From Ranitomeya imitator (Eukaryota), in assembly GCF_032444005.1 (NCBI RefSeq), contig NC_091288.1, forward strand, positions 217,682,001 through 217,746,000: a stretch of DNA of 64,000 nucleotides. The letters are read 5' to 3'. Of the stretch, positions 33,452-46,312 are shown piece by piece. A program made the position numbers and the translations under genes. Within the stretch, counting starts at the first letter, position 1; the number at the start of each line of letters is the position of its first letter. The notes under the pieces were generated by a model, which was given only the letters and a program-made list of their open reading frames with translations, had not been told where the DNA came from and did no database searches.

Positions 33452-35265
33452 CAGTGTTTTTCAACCAGTGTGCCGCGGCACACTAGTGTGCCGCGACACA
33501 TGGTCGGGTGTGCCGCGGGGAACGGGAGTCAGCTGTTCTCTGTGCCGACTGTCAAGCTGACAGCCGGCACAGAGAAGCTGCAGCGCGCCGGCTCCCGGAG
33601 ATCAATTGTACTCGCAGACATCTACCAGCTGCGAGTACAATTGAGGCTCTGACCGCTGGGTCAGAGCGACGCCAGCAGCGTGATCAAGTCATGTGATCAC
33701 GCTGCTGACGTCACTATCCGGCGCGCAGGAGACAGAAGAGACTTGGTGGTAAGTGCTCCTGTGCTGTGGAGCTGAAGACACCGAAGATTCAGCGTGGGGT
33801 GGGTTTATGGGGAGTGTGTGGGGGGATTTATTAAGTGTGTGGGGGGATTTATTAAGAGTGTGGGGGGATTTATTAAGAGTGTGGGGGGATTTATTAAGAG
33901 TGTGGGGGGGATTTATTCAGTGTGTGGGGGGATTTATTCAGTGTGTGGGGGGGATTTATTCAGTGTGTGGGGGGATTTATTCAGTGTGTACGTGGGGGGG
34001 GCTGGAATTTATTTAGCATGTGTGGGGCAGGGTGCATTTATTCTGTGGAAGGGGATGAATTTATTCTATCAGAAGGGCAGTGGATATATTCTGTGGGGGT
34101 GAGTGGGGAGATGGGGGTGGACACAGTAGCGAGGGGAAAAATGTGTGCTGACAGTACTGGGAGCAACGGTGATGGGATGTGTGAGGACAGTATGGGGAGT
34201 CGGGGGAATGTGTGAGGAGGAAATATGGAGAGAGCAAAGGGGTATGTACAGGAAGAGGCTATTAGAAATGTGTGCAGACAGTATGGGGGGATGAAAGTGT
34301 GAGTGGACACATAATAGATACTGAGTAGTGTGAGGGTAACAGCCAGGAGGAGACAGTATGCCAAGTAGGAGGAGTGTAATGAAGGGGCACAGTAGAGAGA
34401 CTGGGCTCTCTATGAGGGACACCGTATGAGAAGGCAGTGTGAAGTATGGAAAAGAGAGAGAGGGTAGTGTGGATGGCATGTACCATAAGAGGGACAGTGA
34501 GGGTCATATTATGTGCTGGGAATAAAGTGAGGGGCAATTATTTACTCAGGGGCTCAGCCTAGGGCAGATATTGTTATTCCGGAGCATTATAATAACACTG
34601 CTATCTTTAAGGGTGTTGTGTCGAGATGTGCTGCAGAAGACAGGAGAAGATGGAAGTCTGCAGAAACGAGCTCTGCCGGTGTATGAGAAGAGTCATCATG
34701 GCATCTGGACAAGGTGAAGATGAAAAGAAAGAGGCGACTCCACAAACAACATCATCTATCAGGTACCTGGATGTAAATGTGTTTTTTTGTGATACTAATT
34801 CTCATTTTTATTTGTTAGGAACATTAAAGGGGATGTCCAAGGTTGTGATGAGTCTGCAGTCATACTATGTGACTGCAGACTTCTGAATTCTCACAGTGCA
34901 CACTGCTATCATAATTCTCTGATGTTGGTGATTTACATACATGCGGTCACGTGCTGACTAGACATGTGTGGCCTCATTCAATGAAAATGAATTGACTGAG
35001 GCCGGACACGTCTAGTTAGAATGTGGCCAGAAGTATCCAAATCACATACTTGTGCTGTCATGACCGTCCACCGGCAAGGGAGAATCCTGAAAGTGTGCAG
35101 TGCTTGCGCTGTGAGAATTCAGAAGCCTGCAGTCACATAGAATCACTGCAGACTTTCATCTCAAACCTGGACGCACCATTTTGTGCCATTTTGGTTGGTG
35201 GTGTGCCTCGGGATTTTTTAAGTATAAAAAGTGTGCCGCGGCTCAAAAAAGGTTGAAAATCACTG
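33452..35265. mobile_element. Non-autonomous hAT transposon (1814 bp) inserted in SULT copy B coding exon 4
   Basis: 15-bp TIRs CAGTGTTTTTCAACC / GGTTGAAAATCACTG (one mismatch) and a perfect 8-bp TSD TCCTAGGG (33444-33451, 35266-35273). Subterminal GTGTGCCGCGG repeats are present. Paralog A has the empty site. Confidence 0.95.
34828..35178. mobile_element. T2/Kolobok-type MITE nested in the hAT element
   Basis: TTAA|AGGGGATGTCCAAGGTT... with long imperfect inverted ends (GACTGCAGACTTCTGAATTCTCACAG and its inverse). Confidence 0.6.
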
Positions 35266-35411
35266 TCCTAGGGTGATTAAAACCCATCTCCCAGTACGCC
35301 TCTTTCCGAAGTCATTGTGGGAAAATAACTGTAAGGTATTGGACCTGGTCATTATCCCCTCATACATACTGATCCCTCCAGCGACAACTTGCTCCATTTT
35401 TTACATTTTAA

Positions 35412-35570
<159 letters not shown>

Positions 35571-37248
35571 TAGTGGAATAGTCGCTCCTTTTTATATCCT
35601 TTTTATGTATTGGTCACTGACGTAAAGTTTTCCGGTTCGTCCTAGTGGGATCTGGCCAATGGGGTGAGCATGTCAAAGAGTTTTGGGCCCTAAAACAAGA
35701 AAGAAACCTCCTTTATATTCTCTATGAAGATATGTTGGAGGTAAGTCTTCTCTGCTTAGTACGGTACTTCTAGAAGGCCTCAAGTAGGAATAAATAGTGT
35801 TTTTTGGCACTCTCGCTTCGTCATGTTGGTGCATTGGGCTGTTACAAGAGGAATCTTAAAGGGAACGTAATGTTAAAAACATGTATATATTTATTAAATT
35901 TGAAACTTTTTTTCTTTTATGTTTTTTAGTTTTTGAATTGCCGAAAATCTGAAACATTAAATGAAAATTGTTGATATTTTTCTCTATTATACACTAGAGG
36001 GTGCAGCTGCTCACATTTGCGTTCTCGCCTCTCCCTGTAATGCTCAAAAGGAAGGGCGCGGATATGGTTTGGAATCACTGTGTACTCTGATCAGGGGCAG
36101 ACATACCGCATGTGCAGCCGGTGCGGCTGCATCAGGGCCCGGAGGTGGTTGGGGCCACTGCACGGCAGCTAATAATGAGGCCAATTTGGCCTTTTTTCCC
36201 GGCTCCGAATGGCCCATTTCCAGATTGCCCTCATGTGTGGCGGGTAGGGAGTGATCCCTGCAGCTCCGCTGCCTACAGGAGAAAATGGCAGCAGTGCGGA
36301 GAAACAGGGATTTGTCCGTTCTGCCAGCGCTTCCTATCTCACACAGCGCGCTTCTGTGTGAGACAGAAAGCTGCGGGCGACGGTGATACTGCGGGGTAAC
36401 GTGCAGAGAGGTGAGTGGTGTGTGTGAAGGTGGTAAAGAGGGCAATGATGTGGGTGTTGGGGGAGAAAGCAATGATGGGGTGGTGAGAGAGAAGTCATTG
36501 ATGGAGGTGAAAAGGGCAAAGATGGAGGTGGGGGAGAAGGCAATGATGGGGTGGTGGATAGGGCAATGATGAGGGTGGTGGGGAGAAGGCAATGATGGAG
36601 GTGGTGGAAAGGGCAATGATGGGGTGGTGGGAGAGAAGTCATTGATGGAGGTGGAAAGGGCAATGATGGAGGTGGGGGAGAAGGCAATGATGGGGTGGTG
36701 GATAGGGCAATGATGAGGGTGGTGGGGAGAAGGCGATGGAGGTGGTGGAAAGGGCAATGATAGGGGTGGTGGAGAGTGCAATGATGGAGGTGGTGGAAAG
36801 GGAAATGATGGGGGGGTGGAGAGTGCAATGATGGAGGTGGTGGGGAGGACAATGATGGATGTGGGGGGAGAAGACCGAGGGATGTGGGGGATTGGGATGG
36901 CAGTAAGGTGGACTTAAAATGGATTTATGAACAAGAGGAGGACAGATATGGATGTGAAATTAATTGGGTGGTGGAAGAGGGTGCTAAGCCTCCGATAGCA
37001 TCCTCCCCCATCTCATAATTCATTGTGATGTTATTGGGGACTTAAAATGTATTGGGGAGTGGGAGAGCAGAAGGTGCCTAGGACTCTTTGTAATGAACTG
37101 AAAGGTGGGAGATGCTGTCAGGGACTTGTAATGAATTGGGAGGCAGCGGAGGATGCTCAGTACCTGGTGGTGTCTTCTCCCACCCCCAAATTCATTATGA
37201 TGCTATCAAGGACTTATAATGAAGGATGGGGACACAGGACAGGACTAA

Positions 37249-37561
37249 GGCTGTGTGCACACGTCCAGGATTTGCAGGAGAAAATTCTGCTGCATTTCTT
37301 AATGTGTTGGCAGGAAGGACGCTGTTTAAATACATTAATTTTTTGGCAATGTTTTTGCCATGCTTGTGTTACATATTTTCCCCCCATTTGTACGGGTGAA
37401 ATACACTGGAAGAACTGACATTATGCAGATTTTAATCTGCTGCAAATCTGCAAGGAAACAATAAGCAACATGTGCATGAGACGTCAGGGATCTCAGTCAC
37501 TTTTCCTGTACTGTAAAACATTGCGTACTTTCCGTAACAAACACAGCGTATGCACATAGCC
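37249..37561. mobile_element. PIF/Harbinger-type MITE
   Basis: TAA|GGCTGTGTGCACACG...CGTATGCACATAGCC|TTA. Confidence 0.8.
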
Positions 37562-38006
37562 TTACCTTTAATTGGGCATAGTCAGAGACTGAATAATTTA
37601 TATTATTGGGCAGCAGAGAATATTAGTTAATGCTTATCACTTTATATTTTTAATGGTGGGTACATATCTGTATTGAGGGGGGAGAGACATGTATGTATAC
37701 AATGTATGTGACCTTCTTATTTTCAGGATGCGATGATCATCCTGACAAGACGAGTCGTGGCTGGGAGATGTCAACATGAAGGTCTGACCAGATGGAGAAG
37801 AAACAGCAGAAAGCGGCTCTAATCAGACGAGACGTCAGCGTTAAGTGCCTGGATGTAAATATTATTCTGTATCTGCGCTGTGTGACGTGGAGTGATGTTA
37901 TCTGTAATATCCCTCATTCTACATTCACTAATTTGTGTGCTATGTCCGTGTGCTTCCAGATCTTTTTATCGGACGGCGCACAGACTCGTAGAGTTTTATA
38001 GGTCCA

Positions 38007-39455
38007 CTAGATGGTGGCCCGATTCTAATGCATCGGGTATTCTAGAATATGTATGTATGTATATATATAGAAGCCACACAGTATATAGCACAGGCCACGT
38101 AGTATATAGGAGCCATGTAGTATATAGCAAATACTACGTGGCCTGTGCTATATACTATGTGGCTGCTATATACATTCATACATACATATTGTAGAATACC
38201 CGATGCGTTAATACAGGCCACGCAGTATATAACACAGCCCAAATAGTATATAACACAGCCCAAATAGTATATAACACAGCCCACGCAGTATATAGCAGCC
38301 ACGCAGTATATAACACAGGCGACATAGTATATAACACAGGCCACGTAGTATATCGCACAGCCCACGTAGTATATCACACAGCCCACGCAGTATATAACAC
38401 TGCCCATGTAGTATATAGCAGCCACGCGGCATATAACACTGCCCATGTAGTATATAGCAGCCACGCAGTATATCGCACAGCCCACGCAGTATATCACACA
38501 GCCCACGCAGTATATAACACTGCCCATGTAGTATATAGCAGCTACGCGGTATACAACACTGCCCATGTAGTATATAGCAGCAACGCGGTATATAACACAG
38601 CCCACACAGTATATCACACAGCCCACGCAGTATATAAGACTGCCCATGTAGTATATAGCAGCCAGGCAGTATATCACACAGCCCACGCAGTATATAACAT
38701 TGCCCATGTACTATATAGCAGCCACGCAGTATATCACACAGACTACGGAGTATATAACACTGCCCATGTAGTATATAGCAGCCACGCAGTATCTAACACA
38801 GCCCACGCAGTATATAGCAATGTGGGCATCATATCCCTGTTAAAAAAAAAAATTTAAATAAAAAATAGTGATATACTCACCCTCCGTTGGCCTCGGGATC
38901 GAAGCGGTTACCGACGCTCCTCGCATGCTCTGGTCTGAAGAGTGCATTGCGGTCTCGCGAGACCGCTACGTCATCATCTCGCGAGACCGCAATGCATGGA
39001 GCGGTCACCGGGGCGTCGCGAGGAGCAGGAAAGGCCGGTTCCTGATCCGGGGGCTCCGGAAGGTGAGTATATAACAATTTTTAATTTTTTTTATTATTTT
39101 TATCATTAGATCTTTTTACTATTGAGGCTGCATAGGCAGCATGAATAGTAAAAAGTTGGTCACACAGGGTTAATAGCAGCGTTAACCGAATGCGTTACAC
39201 CGCGGTCAACGCTGCCATTAACCCTGTGTGAGCGCTGACTGGAGGGGAGAACGGAGCGGGCACTGACTGCGGGGAGGAAGGAGCGGCCATGTTGCCGCCG
39301 GACTTGGCCGTCGCTAATTGGTCGTGGCTGTTTTGCCACGACCAATCAGCACTTGGATTTCCATGACAGACAGAGGCCGCGACCAATGAATATCCATGAC
39401 AGACAGAAGGACAGACAGAAAGACGGAAGTGACCCTTAGACAATTATATAGTAGA
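38007..39455 (-). mobile_element. Non-autonomous Helitron
   Basis: On the minus strand the 5' end is A|TCTACTATATAA and the 3' end is the hairpin CCCGAT-GCATTAGA-ATCGGG followed by CCACCATCTAG|T. The insertion is between A and T with no TSD. Internal tandem repeats lie at about 38070-38820. Confidence 0.85.
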
Positions 39456-41098
39456 TTCACATATCCGTGGAAATCAAGGATCTGAGAATGTCTTGTTCTG
39501 ATCCGATTTTGAGGTTCAAAATAGGACATGCTTAATGTGTGTGTAAAGGCGGGCAGCACGCCAACACTGCACACGGATACAGGAATGTAGCCTTATTATG
39601 TATAGCACAGTCTCTTAGTGTATAGTGTACTCACTTATTATGTATAGCACAATCCCTTAGTATAGACGGTACTCACTTATGTACAGCACAGTCCCTTAGT
39701 ATAGAGTGTACTCACTTATTATGTACAGCACAGTCCTTAGTTAGTTTCCTCTTTTATTATGTATAGCACGGTCCCTTATTACGTACCATCCTCTCTAATT
39801 ATATATAATGCTGTCCCTTATTATATAGCTTCCTCTGCAGTTATGTACTGTGCTGTCTCCTACATAGTGTATTCTTGTTATTTTTGTTATTTACAGCACC
39901 CTCTTTTATTATATAGACCCTCTCTTGTTAGATATAAAATGACTGCTGAAGGAGCAGTCGGTGACCGGATGATCAGTCCATCAGCTCCTCCATTAGAAAA
40001 GACGCTTTCCTGTGCTCCATCAGACGTCATTGCATTATATATCTAATAAGAGAGGACGCTATGCAATAAAGACATGGGCCATTATATTATCCAATATGTA
40101 AGGGGTGGTGCTGTATATAACGAGAGGGCACTGTCTAATAACAGACAGCAACATACATAATTAAGGAGAGTATGTACATAAATCTGTATGTTGTTTTGTC
40201 GCCATAAAAGGAGGGGGAGGCCAAGACACATTTCTTACACAGGGGCCTTAGGTTGTCAGTGTCCGCCCCTGTGATACATATGTGCGGCCAGGATCTCTCC
40301 TACGTTGTCAGTGCATATGCCACTGCCCACCAGAACTTGTGAGTCTCTGCTGACGTCAAGTCGACAGAGCGGGACGTCCGACATCATTATGACTGACAGC
40401 CAGATTCCCACTGCATACCTGGGGGAGCCGACTGTCAATTAGAATGAAGTCGAAAGTCCACCCCATCGACAGAGCAGAGCAGAAGAGAAGCAGCCACTCT
40501 GACGATGTGACGTCAGCAGAAGCAACTGAATCCCCGGCAGAAGCGGTCTGTGACCTCTCTGTGCCAGGAAAGAACAGCGCCGTGCACAACATGCAGGTAA
40601 GTAGGAACTATGTGCCGTTAGTGCTTTGGAACATTTTTTGATTTTCAGAAAATCCCCGGATATACCATTTAAGTGAGAAGAGGCGCTAGAAACCGGGGAA
40701 GATGGCGATCAGTAAGTATATTAAAGCACTTACACTACATTACACACACATTTCAACAGGATGAGGGAATAAAAACTTTCATGGGAGTGCTTCTTTCCGA
40801 TACACTGGAATATTTGTCCATTTCTAATGTAAACAGGACCCAAAGCGAGAGATCCGGAAAGTAATGAAGTTTCTGGGAACAGAACTCTCGGATGATGTTC
40901 TGGAGAGGATTTGTCTACACACTTCCTTTAAGGCTATGAAAGAGAACCCGACGACAAACTACACCGCTATGCCCTCTTCTATCTTGGACCAGTCGGTCAC
41001 TCCGTTTATGAGGAAAGGTAAAACGCGGCCACCTGGTTGCCTCAAGAACAACAGTGTTTTCATTCACTGCAGCAGTGATTATATTAGATGTATTTACT

Positions 41099-41799
41099 AT
41101 GTATTTTGTGGTTTATAAGACGCATCCCAAATTTTGAGGAGAAAAATAGGACACCGGGAAAATGTCTGCCAGGGGAGGCATGCGCAAATGGAGATCTCGC
41201 CACCAAGATCTCGGGAGATGAGATCTCAGAGCCAAGATCTCCATCTGCGCATGAGCCGCCCCCGGCAGACATTTTCCCGGAGTCCACCGAAGGCGGCGCA
41301 TGTGCAGATTGAGATCTCGGCAACGAGATCTCAGGAAATGACATCTCAATCTGGGCATGCGCAGCCTCTGGCAGCCATTTTCCTAGAGGCCACCGCATCG
41401 AGGCAATGGAAGTTCCGGGGCTCCAGGCTTTCACAAAATGTCGCCGGAGCCCCCGCACCACCGAACCTGCAGCATCAGCCATAGGATGGGATTTCCTGGA
41501 GACCACCGCATCGCAGCAATGGATGTGGGGGGGGGGGAAAGGGGTTTCGGGCTTTCACGAAATGTCGGCGGAGCCCTCGCACCACCGAACCTGCCGCACC
41601 AGTCTGGGTCATATCATCGCCGGACCACCAAACACCCCCTGTGACTCCACTCCACCAGCGCTGCTGATATCCCCTGGGTAAGCTGAATTCAGGACTGTAA
41701 GACGGACGCCCAATTGACACATTATGTTCCCCCATTTTCCTTCTGAAAAATTGGGGTGCGTCTTACGGTCCGGTGAGTCTTATAGTCAGAAAAATACGG
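41099..41799. mobile_element. Tigger/pogo-type (TcMar) MITE
   Basis: Right end CTTATAGTCAGAAAAATACGG|TA. The left end GTATTTTGTGGTTTATAAGACGCA is degenerate. Confidence 0.6.
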
Positions 41800-41885
41800 T
41801 ATATAGCACAATTACACTTACATGAATATGCATCAATACTAAAGCACAATTGCGCATATAAATCTAGCCTCTGTTGCTCATTTGT

Positions 41886-42815
41886 GGGACCTGAAAACCC
41901 CTAAAGAATGGAGTACTCTACAACATATAAAAAAATCTTTATTAGGCTTACGTTCACATTTGCGTTGTGCGGTGCTGCGTCGGCGACACAACGCACACAA
42001 AAGGCAGCTTTTTGTGACGCATGCGTTCATTTTTTGATTTTTGGCGCAGAAAAAAACTGCATCATGCAGCGTTTTCTGTTGCGCCAAAAAGACGCATGCG
42101 TCACAAAACGCAAGACAACGCATGTCCATGCGCTCCCCATGTTAAATATAGGGGCGCATGGCGCATGCGTCGCCGCGGCTGCGCCCGACGCAGCCCCACA
42201 CAACGCTAATGTGAACGTAGCCTGAATCATTTTTAGTGCATACTAGTAAAATCACCATTAGAACAGTATAGACAACAGTAGTATCAAGTAGTTCCACTAA
42301 AAACCCTAGTATAACGCATGGGTCCGAGGTATATCTATTGGTACATATGTAATCATGGTAACCAACATCATTATGGTAGATATAAAAAGGCTGATCAATA
42401 AGACACATGTGCAGCACTGCCAGTAATGTGTAAACAGATCAAGTAAATAAGCAAGTGCAGTTCAAGTATGACTGTGCTGTCAAGATGCACATGGTAGAGA
42501 TCAGAGCGTGTAAAACCTGCTGCAGAACATAGTAAATATCCTAGTGATATAGCAGATAAGACGTGGTTATAACATCATGCATGATACGCTTACCCACGAT
42601 GTGCAAGTGGATATGTCAAGGAGCCAGGCACAATCCCGGCGAACGTTTCGCGGAAGCTTTTTCAAAATCTTTTTCCCTTTTGTTACTACTGTTGTCTATA
42701 CTGTTCTAATAGTGATTTTGCCAGTATTTACGAAAAAAGTGATTAATAAAGATTTTTGACAAATTTTATATATTGTATAGCACTCCATTCTTTTTGGGTT
42801 TTCATGTTATACAAG
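41886..42815. mobile_element. Penelope-like inverted-repeat relic; left arm interrupted by a MITE; degenerate hammerhead-like motif at 42641-42665 (-)
   Basis: AAAATCACCATTAGAACAGTATAGACAACAGTAGTA (about 42249) is inverted at about 42683-42718. AAAGAATGGAGT...AAAAATCTTTATT is inverted at about 42744-42795. Confidence 0.55.
41945..42222. mobile_element. PIF/Harbinger-type MITE
   Basis: TTA|GGCTTACGTTCACATT...AATGTGAACGTAGCC|TGA. Same family as 52453-52751. Confidence 0.8.
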
Positions 42816-43967
42816 AATATATAATTACCATCCATTTAAACTACATGGGGGACAAAAAAAATTCTTGATGGATTTAATATGCTCCCAACCACGTGGCATT
42901 AATGCAATTTCTGTGAGCTTCTTTTCATTTGTGGGACTGCAGTTTTTTCATTAAGTATTATAGCTACGGTATTTTTTTTTTTTTGCATTCAACCAAAATG
43001 TATTTTTCACTGAACATGCCAGTGCATCCAAATTTATATAAAGAGGGTGTACTGCAATATTTATGGAAAACTCTGTTGTGGATACTTTCAGCTATGTCTA
43101 AATGACAATATCTGACTTGTATCTAAGGGACTGAATGACAAGCGCTGTTGTTTTTTTTCCTCAGGAATCTGTGGGGATTGGAAAGACCACTTCACCGTGT
43201 CTCAGAGCGAGAAATTTGATGAGTATTATCAGAAACAAATGTCCGGTACCGATCTGTCTTTCCGCTTCTTGGTTTGAAGCGACTCGAGAACACTTCACAC
43301 TCTCAGCCTGGCCGTGGACGCTCTAAATAGAGCGCGGCGCCATGTCCTAGTGATGGGAAGCCAAAACTCCTAACAACTAATTGGTGCTCCCACATTTGAG
43401 TATGAGACGTAAGGTGACCGTAGACTAAAGGTGATGAAAAACCATAATCAACGATAAGGATGAAATTTACCTATATCAATCCTTTTATCGGACGGCTGAC
43501 ACACTCCGCTCATCTGGAAAGAAGTTGTCTACTTGTGAATTCTTCGGAAGATAGTTAGAATAACCATGTTTTGTTGTAATGAAAGATGTTTTATTCAGCA
43601 TGTTCCCAGAAACCTGCTGTCAGTAAAAAAAAAATGTATGACCAGGTTTAATGACGAATAGGGACTATAAACGCTATGGACATTAGCAAACGGACCTTGG
43701 ACTCAATATTATGGAAGAGATGATCTGGTGTAAATGAGTAAGAATGGCTATGAAAAAAGGGCTGCAGATTGATACCACCAAAGAGGGACAGTTCTAGAAA
43801 TGGCTAGATATTATGACAACGGTTAATATTTTTTCCTGACAAAGCACAATTGATACATAGATGTTTATTTTTTCCACTTAATAAAGATGCTGGTACGGCG
43901 TTGACATGTATTGTGAATTTAAAAAAATTATCTTAATTGTAGAAGCGATTTGTTCCAGCAGCGCAGC

Positions 43968-44725
43968 TCACCATTACACACTGAACGGGAAACCACTGGG
44001 TAAATCTGACAGGGAGAAGGACTTGGGGATCCTAGTTAATGATACACTTACCTGGAGCAGCCAGTGCCAGGCAGCAGCTGCCAAGGCAAACAGGATCATG
44101 GGGTGCATTAAAAGAGGTCTGGATACACATGATGAGAGCATTATACTGCCTCTGTACAAATCCCTAGTTAGACCGCACATGGAGTACTGTGTCCAGTTTT
44201 GGGCACCGGTGCTCAGGAAGGATATAATGGAACTAGAGAGAGTACAAAGGAGGGCAACAAAATTAATAAAGGGGATGGGAGAACTACAATATCCAGATAG
44301 ATTAGCGAAATTAGGATTATTTAGTCTAGAAAAAAGACGACTGAGGGGCGATCTAATAACCATGTATAAGTATATAAGGGGACAATACAAATATCTCGCT
44401 GAGGATTTGTTTATACCAAGGAAGGTGACGGGCACAAGGGGGCATTCTTTGCGTCTGGAGGAGAGAAGGTTTTTCCACCAACATAGAAGAGGATTCTTTA
44501 CTGTTAGGCAGTGAGAATCTGGAATTGCTTGCCTGAGGAGGTGGTGATGGCGAACTCAGTCGAGGGGTTCAAGAGAGGACTGGATGTCTTCCTGGAGCAG
44601 AACAATATTGTATCATACAATTATTAGGCTCTGTAGAAGGACGTAGATCTGGGGATTTATTATGATGGAGTATAGGCTGAACTGGATGGACAAATGTCTT
44701 TTTTCGGCCTTACTAACTATGTTAC
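43968..44725 (+). mobile_element. CR1 3' fragment
   Basis: HHYTLNGKPLGKSDREKDLG...HQHRRGFF, with tail TACTAACTATGTTAC. Near-identical to the CR1 copies at 23.4 kb and 27.3-31.0 kb. Confidence 0.95.
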
Positions 44726-46312
44726 CTAACGAGTTTCTTCCCACTGCAACCTAGATATATAGTTGAACACTATTTGGATTATCATCAAAGCTTTAACCTA
44801 ATTTTTCAAGACACTTGAACGGCAAACTTCCTGCTTATAAATGAGTGGCTGAGTTCACAACCGGGCCTACTCGATACAGTCAGACCACAAGTGAGCAATG
44901 CAGTTATATAACCTTCTGAGCCAGACACAAAGCTAAATATATCGATGTCTCTGAGAGAATGAGGAACTGGAAACCCCTTTATGGAGGAAAATCCCCTTCT
45001 CTCTTTCCTTGTGAATTCTGCTTAGAAAATAAATATTTGTAGTAAAATTATTAACCAAGTATTGCCACAATCAATAACTTTATTTCCATTTTCACTTCTT
45101 TAACATGTTGGTTAAATAATACAACATAAAATTGTACATATTACTTAGTAAGCTGTATATCGTTCTCCCCAAAATTATCTCATGCACATTTTGCCTAGTA
45201 CCCCCCTGTACAGCAAAGTTTGATAAGAAAAATTTAAAATGGGTCATTTGTGAAATCCTTGACTATTTCAAGCAAGAACATAATACATGTCAAAGAAACT
45301 TATCATATCATGGAGTCAAATTCCATTTTTTGTCGTGATCGTATACAAAATACAGCAGTTTTGCACATATCATCCACAAACTGTTTTGCATGTACGATAG
45401 AAAAGTACAAATCACACAGTAAAAACCGCATCACAAAACCACAGTAAGGTCGAATTCACAAATCAGTTTATGTTCTCATACGCCAAAAATAAAAAATATA
45501 TATTCATAAAAAATGACATGTGAACGAGACCAAACAAAAAACGTATGAATTCTACGCAGGAAAAAATGCAGACAGAGCTTAGACGTGTGAATGGGGCCTT
45601 ACGCAGAATAAAGGGCTCGTTCACACATCCGATTTTTCCAAATGCAAGAAAAAAAGAACTGATTAATCAGACTCTGATCAGAGTGTGGTACAAGGGTTAT
45701 CCGCTTTTCATGTATGTGGAGAAATAAAAAAAATAAAATAAAAAAAATAAAAATTCTCCCCCTTCTCCATGACAGTCTGTGAAACTCAGACCGGACTCTG
45801 ATTTTTTTCACGGACGCATTGACTTGCATTGCCGATTTAGATCTGAGCCTTGGATCAAAATTATACATATGTCCGAGATTTTCTGCTGTCCACTTGGTTC
45901 GAGGAAAAAGTCCGATATTTCATTGGTCCCTTAAACTACAACAGGTACGAGTGTTATCCATGAAAATCACGGTTAGCACTCGTACGCAAGAATCGAACAG
46001 CTTAAGATGCGCCACACTGCCACTTTATTACTGGAACTAAGGTAAAGCATTAACGGCTACAAGTAAATAGTAAGTCTAAGACCTTAGTCTTAGAAATCAA
46101 TACAAGTAATCATGTAGAGGAATAAGACTGTAATCATGATTATAATAAGTTATTACAAGGTCGAGCTCACATGTCGAGATACGGCAGAAAAGACTAAAGT
46201 TAAATCATAAATTAATGGCTTTGCTCCTGATCGCCACTGAGGAAACCTCAGTAAAAATGACCCTTTCCCTTTGAGAATGACATTACTGACTAATTTGTCA
46301 TAAGTGTGGGAA

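Larger units (their letters stand above)
36092..40271. mobile_element. hAT-like non-autonomous element with nested insertions in SULT B intron 6
   Basis: CAGGGGCAGAC... and ...GTCCGCCCCTG termini. No 8-bp TSD was recovered, so the pairing of the ends is inferred. A G-rich internal repeat lies at about 36420-36870. Confidence 0.5.

Noticed and set aside
36044-36852. Pro/His-rich ORFs of up to 245 aa
   Set aside because: They are translations of a G-rich low-complexity repeat inside a transposon, open in several frames, with no splice or domain support.
38042-38707. 221-aa Cys/Tyr-rich ORF
   Set aside because: It is the Helitron-internal tandem repeat read in frame.
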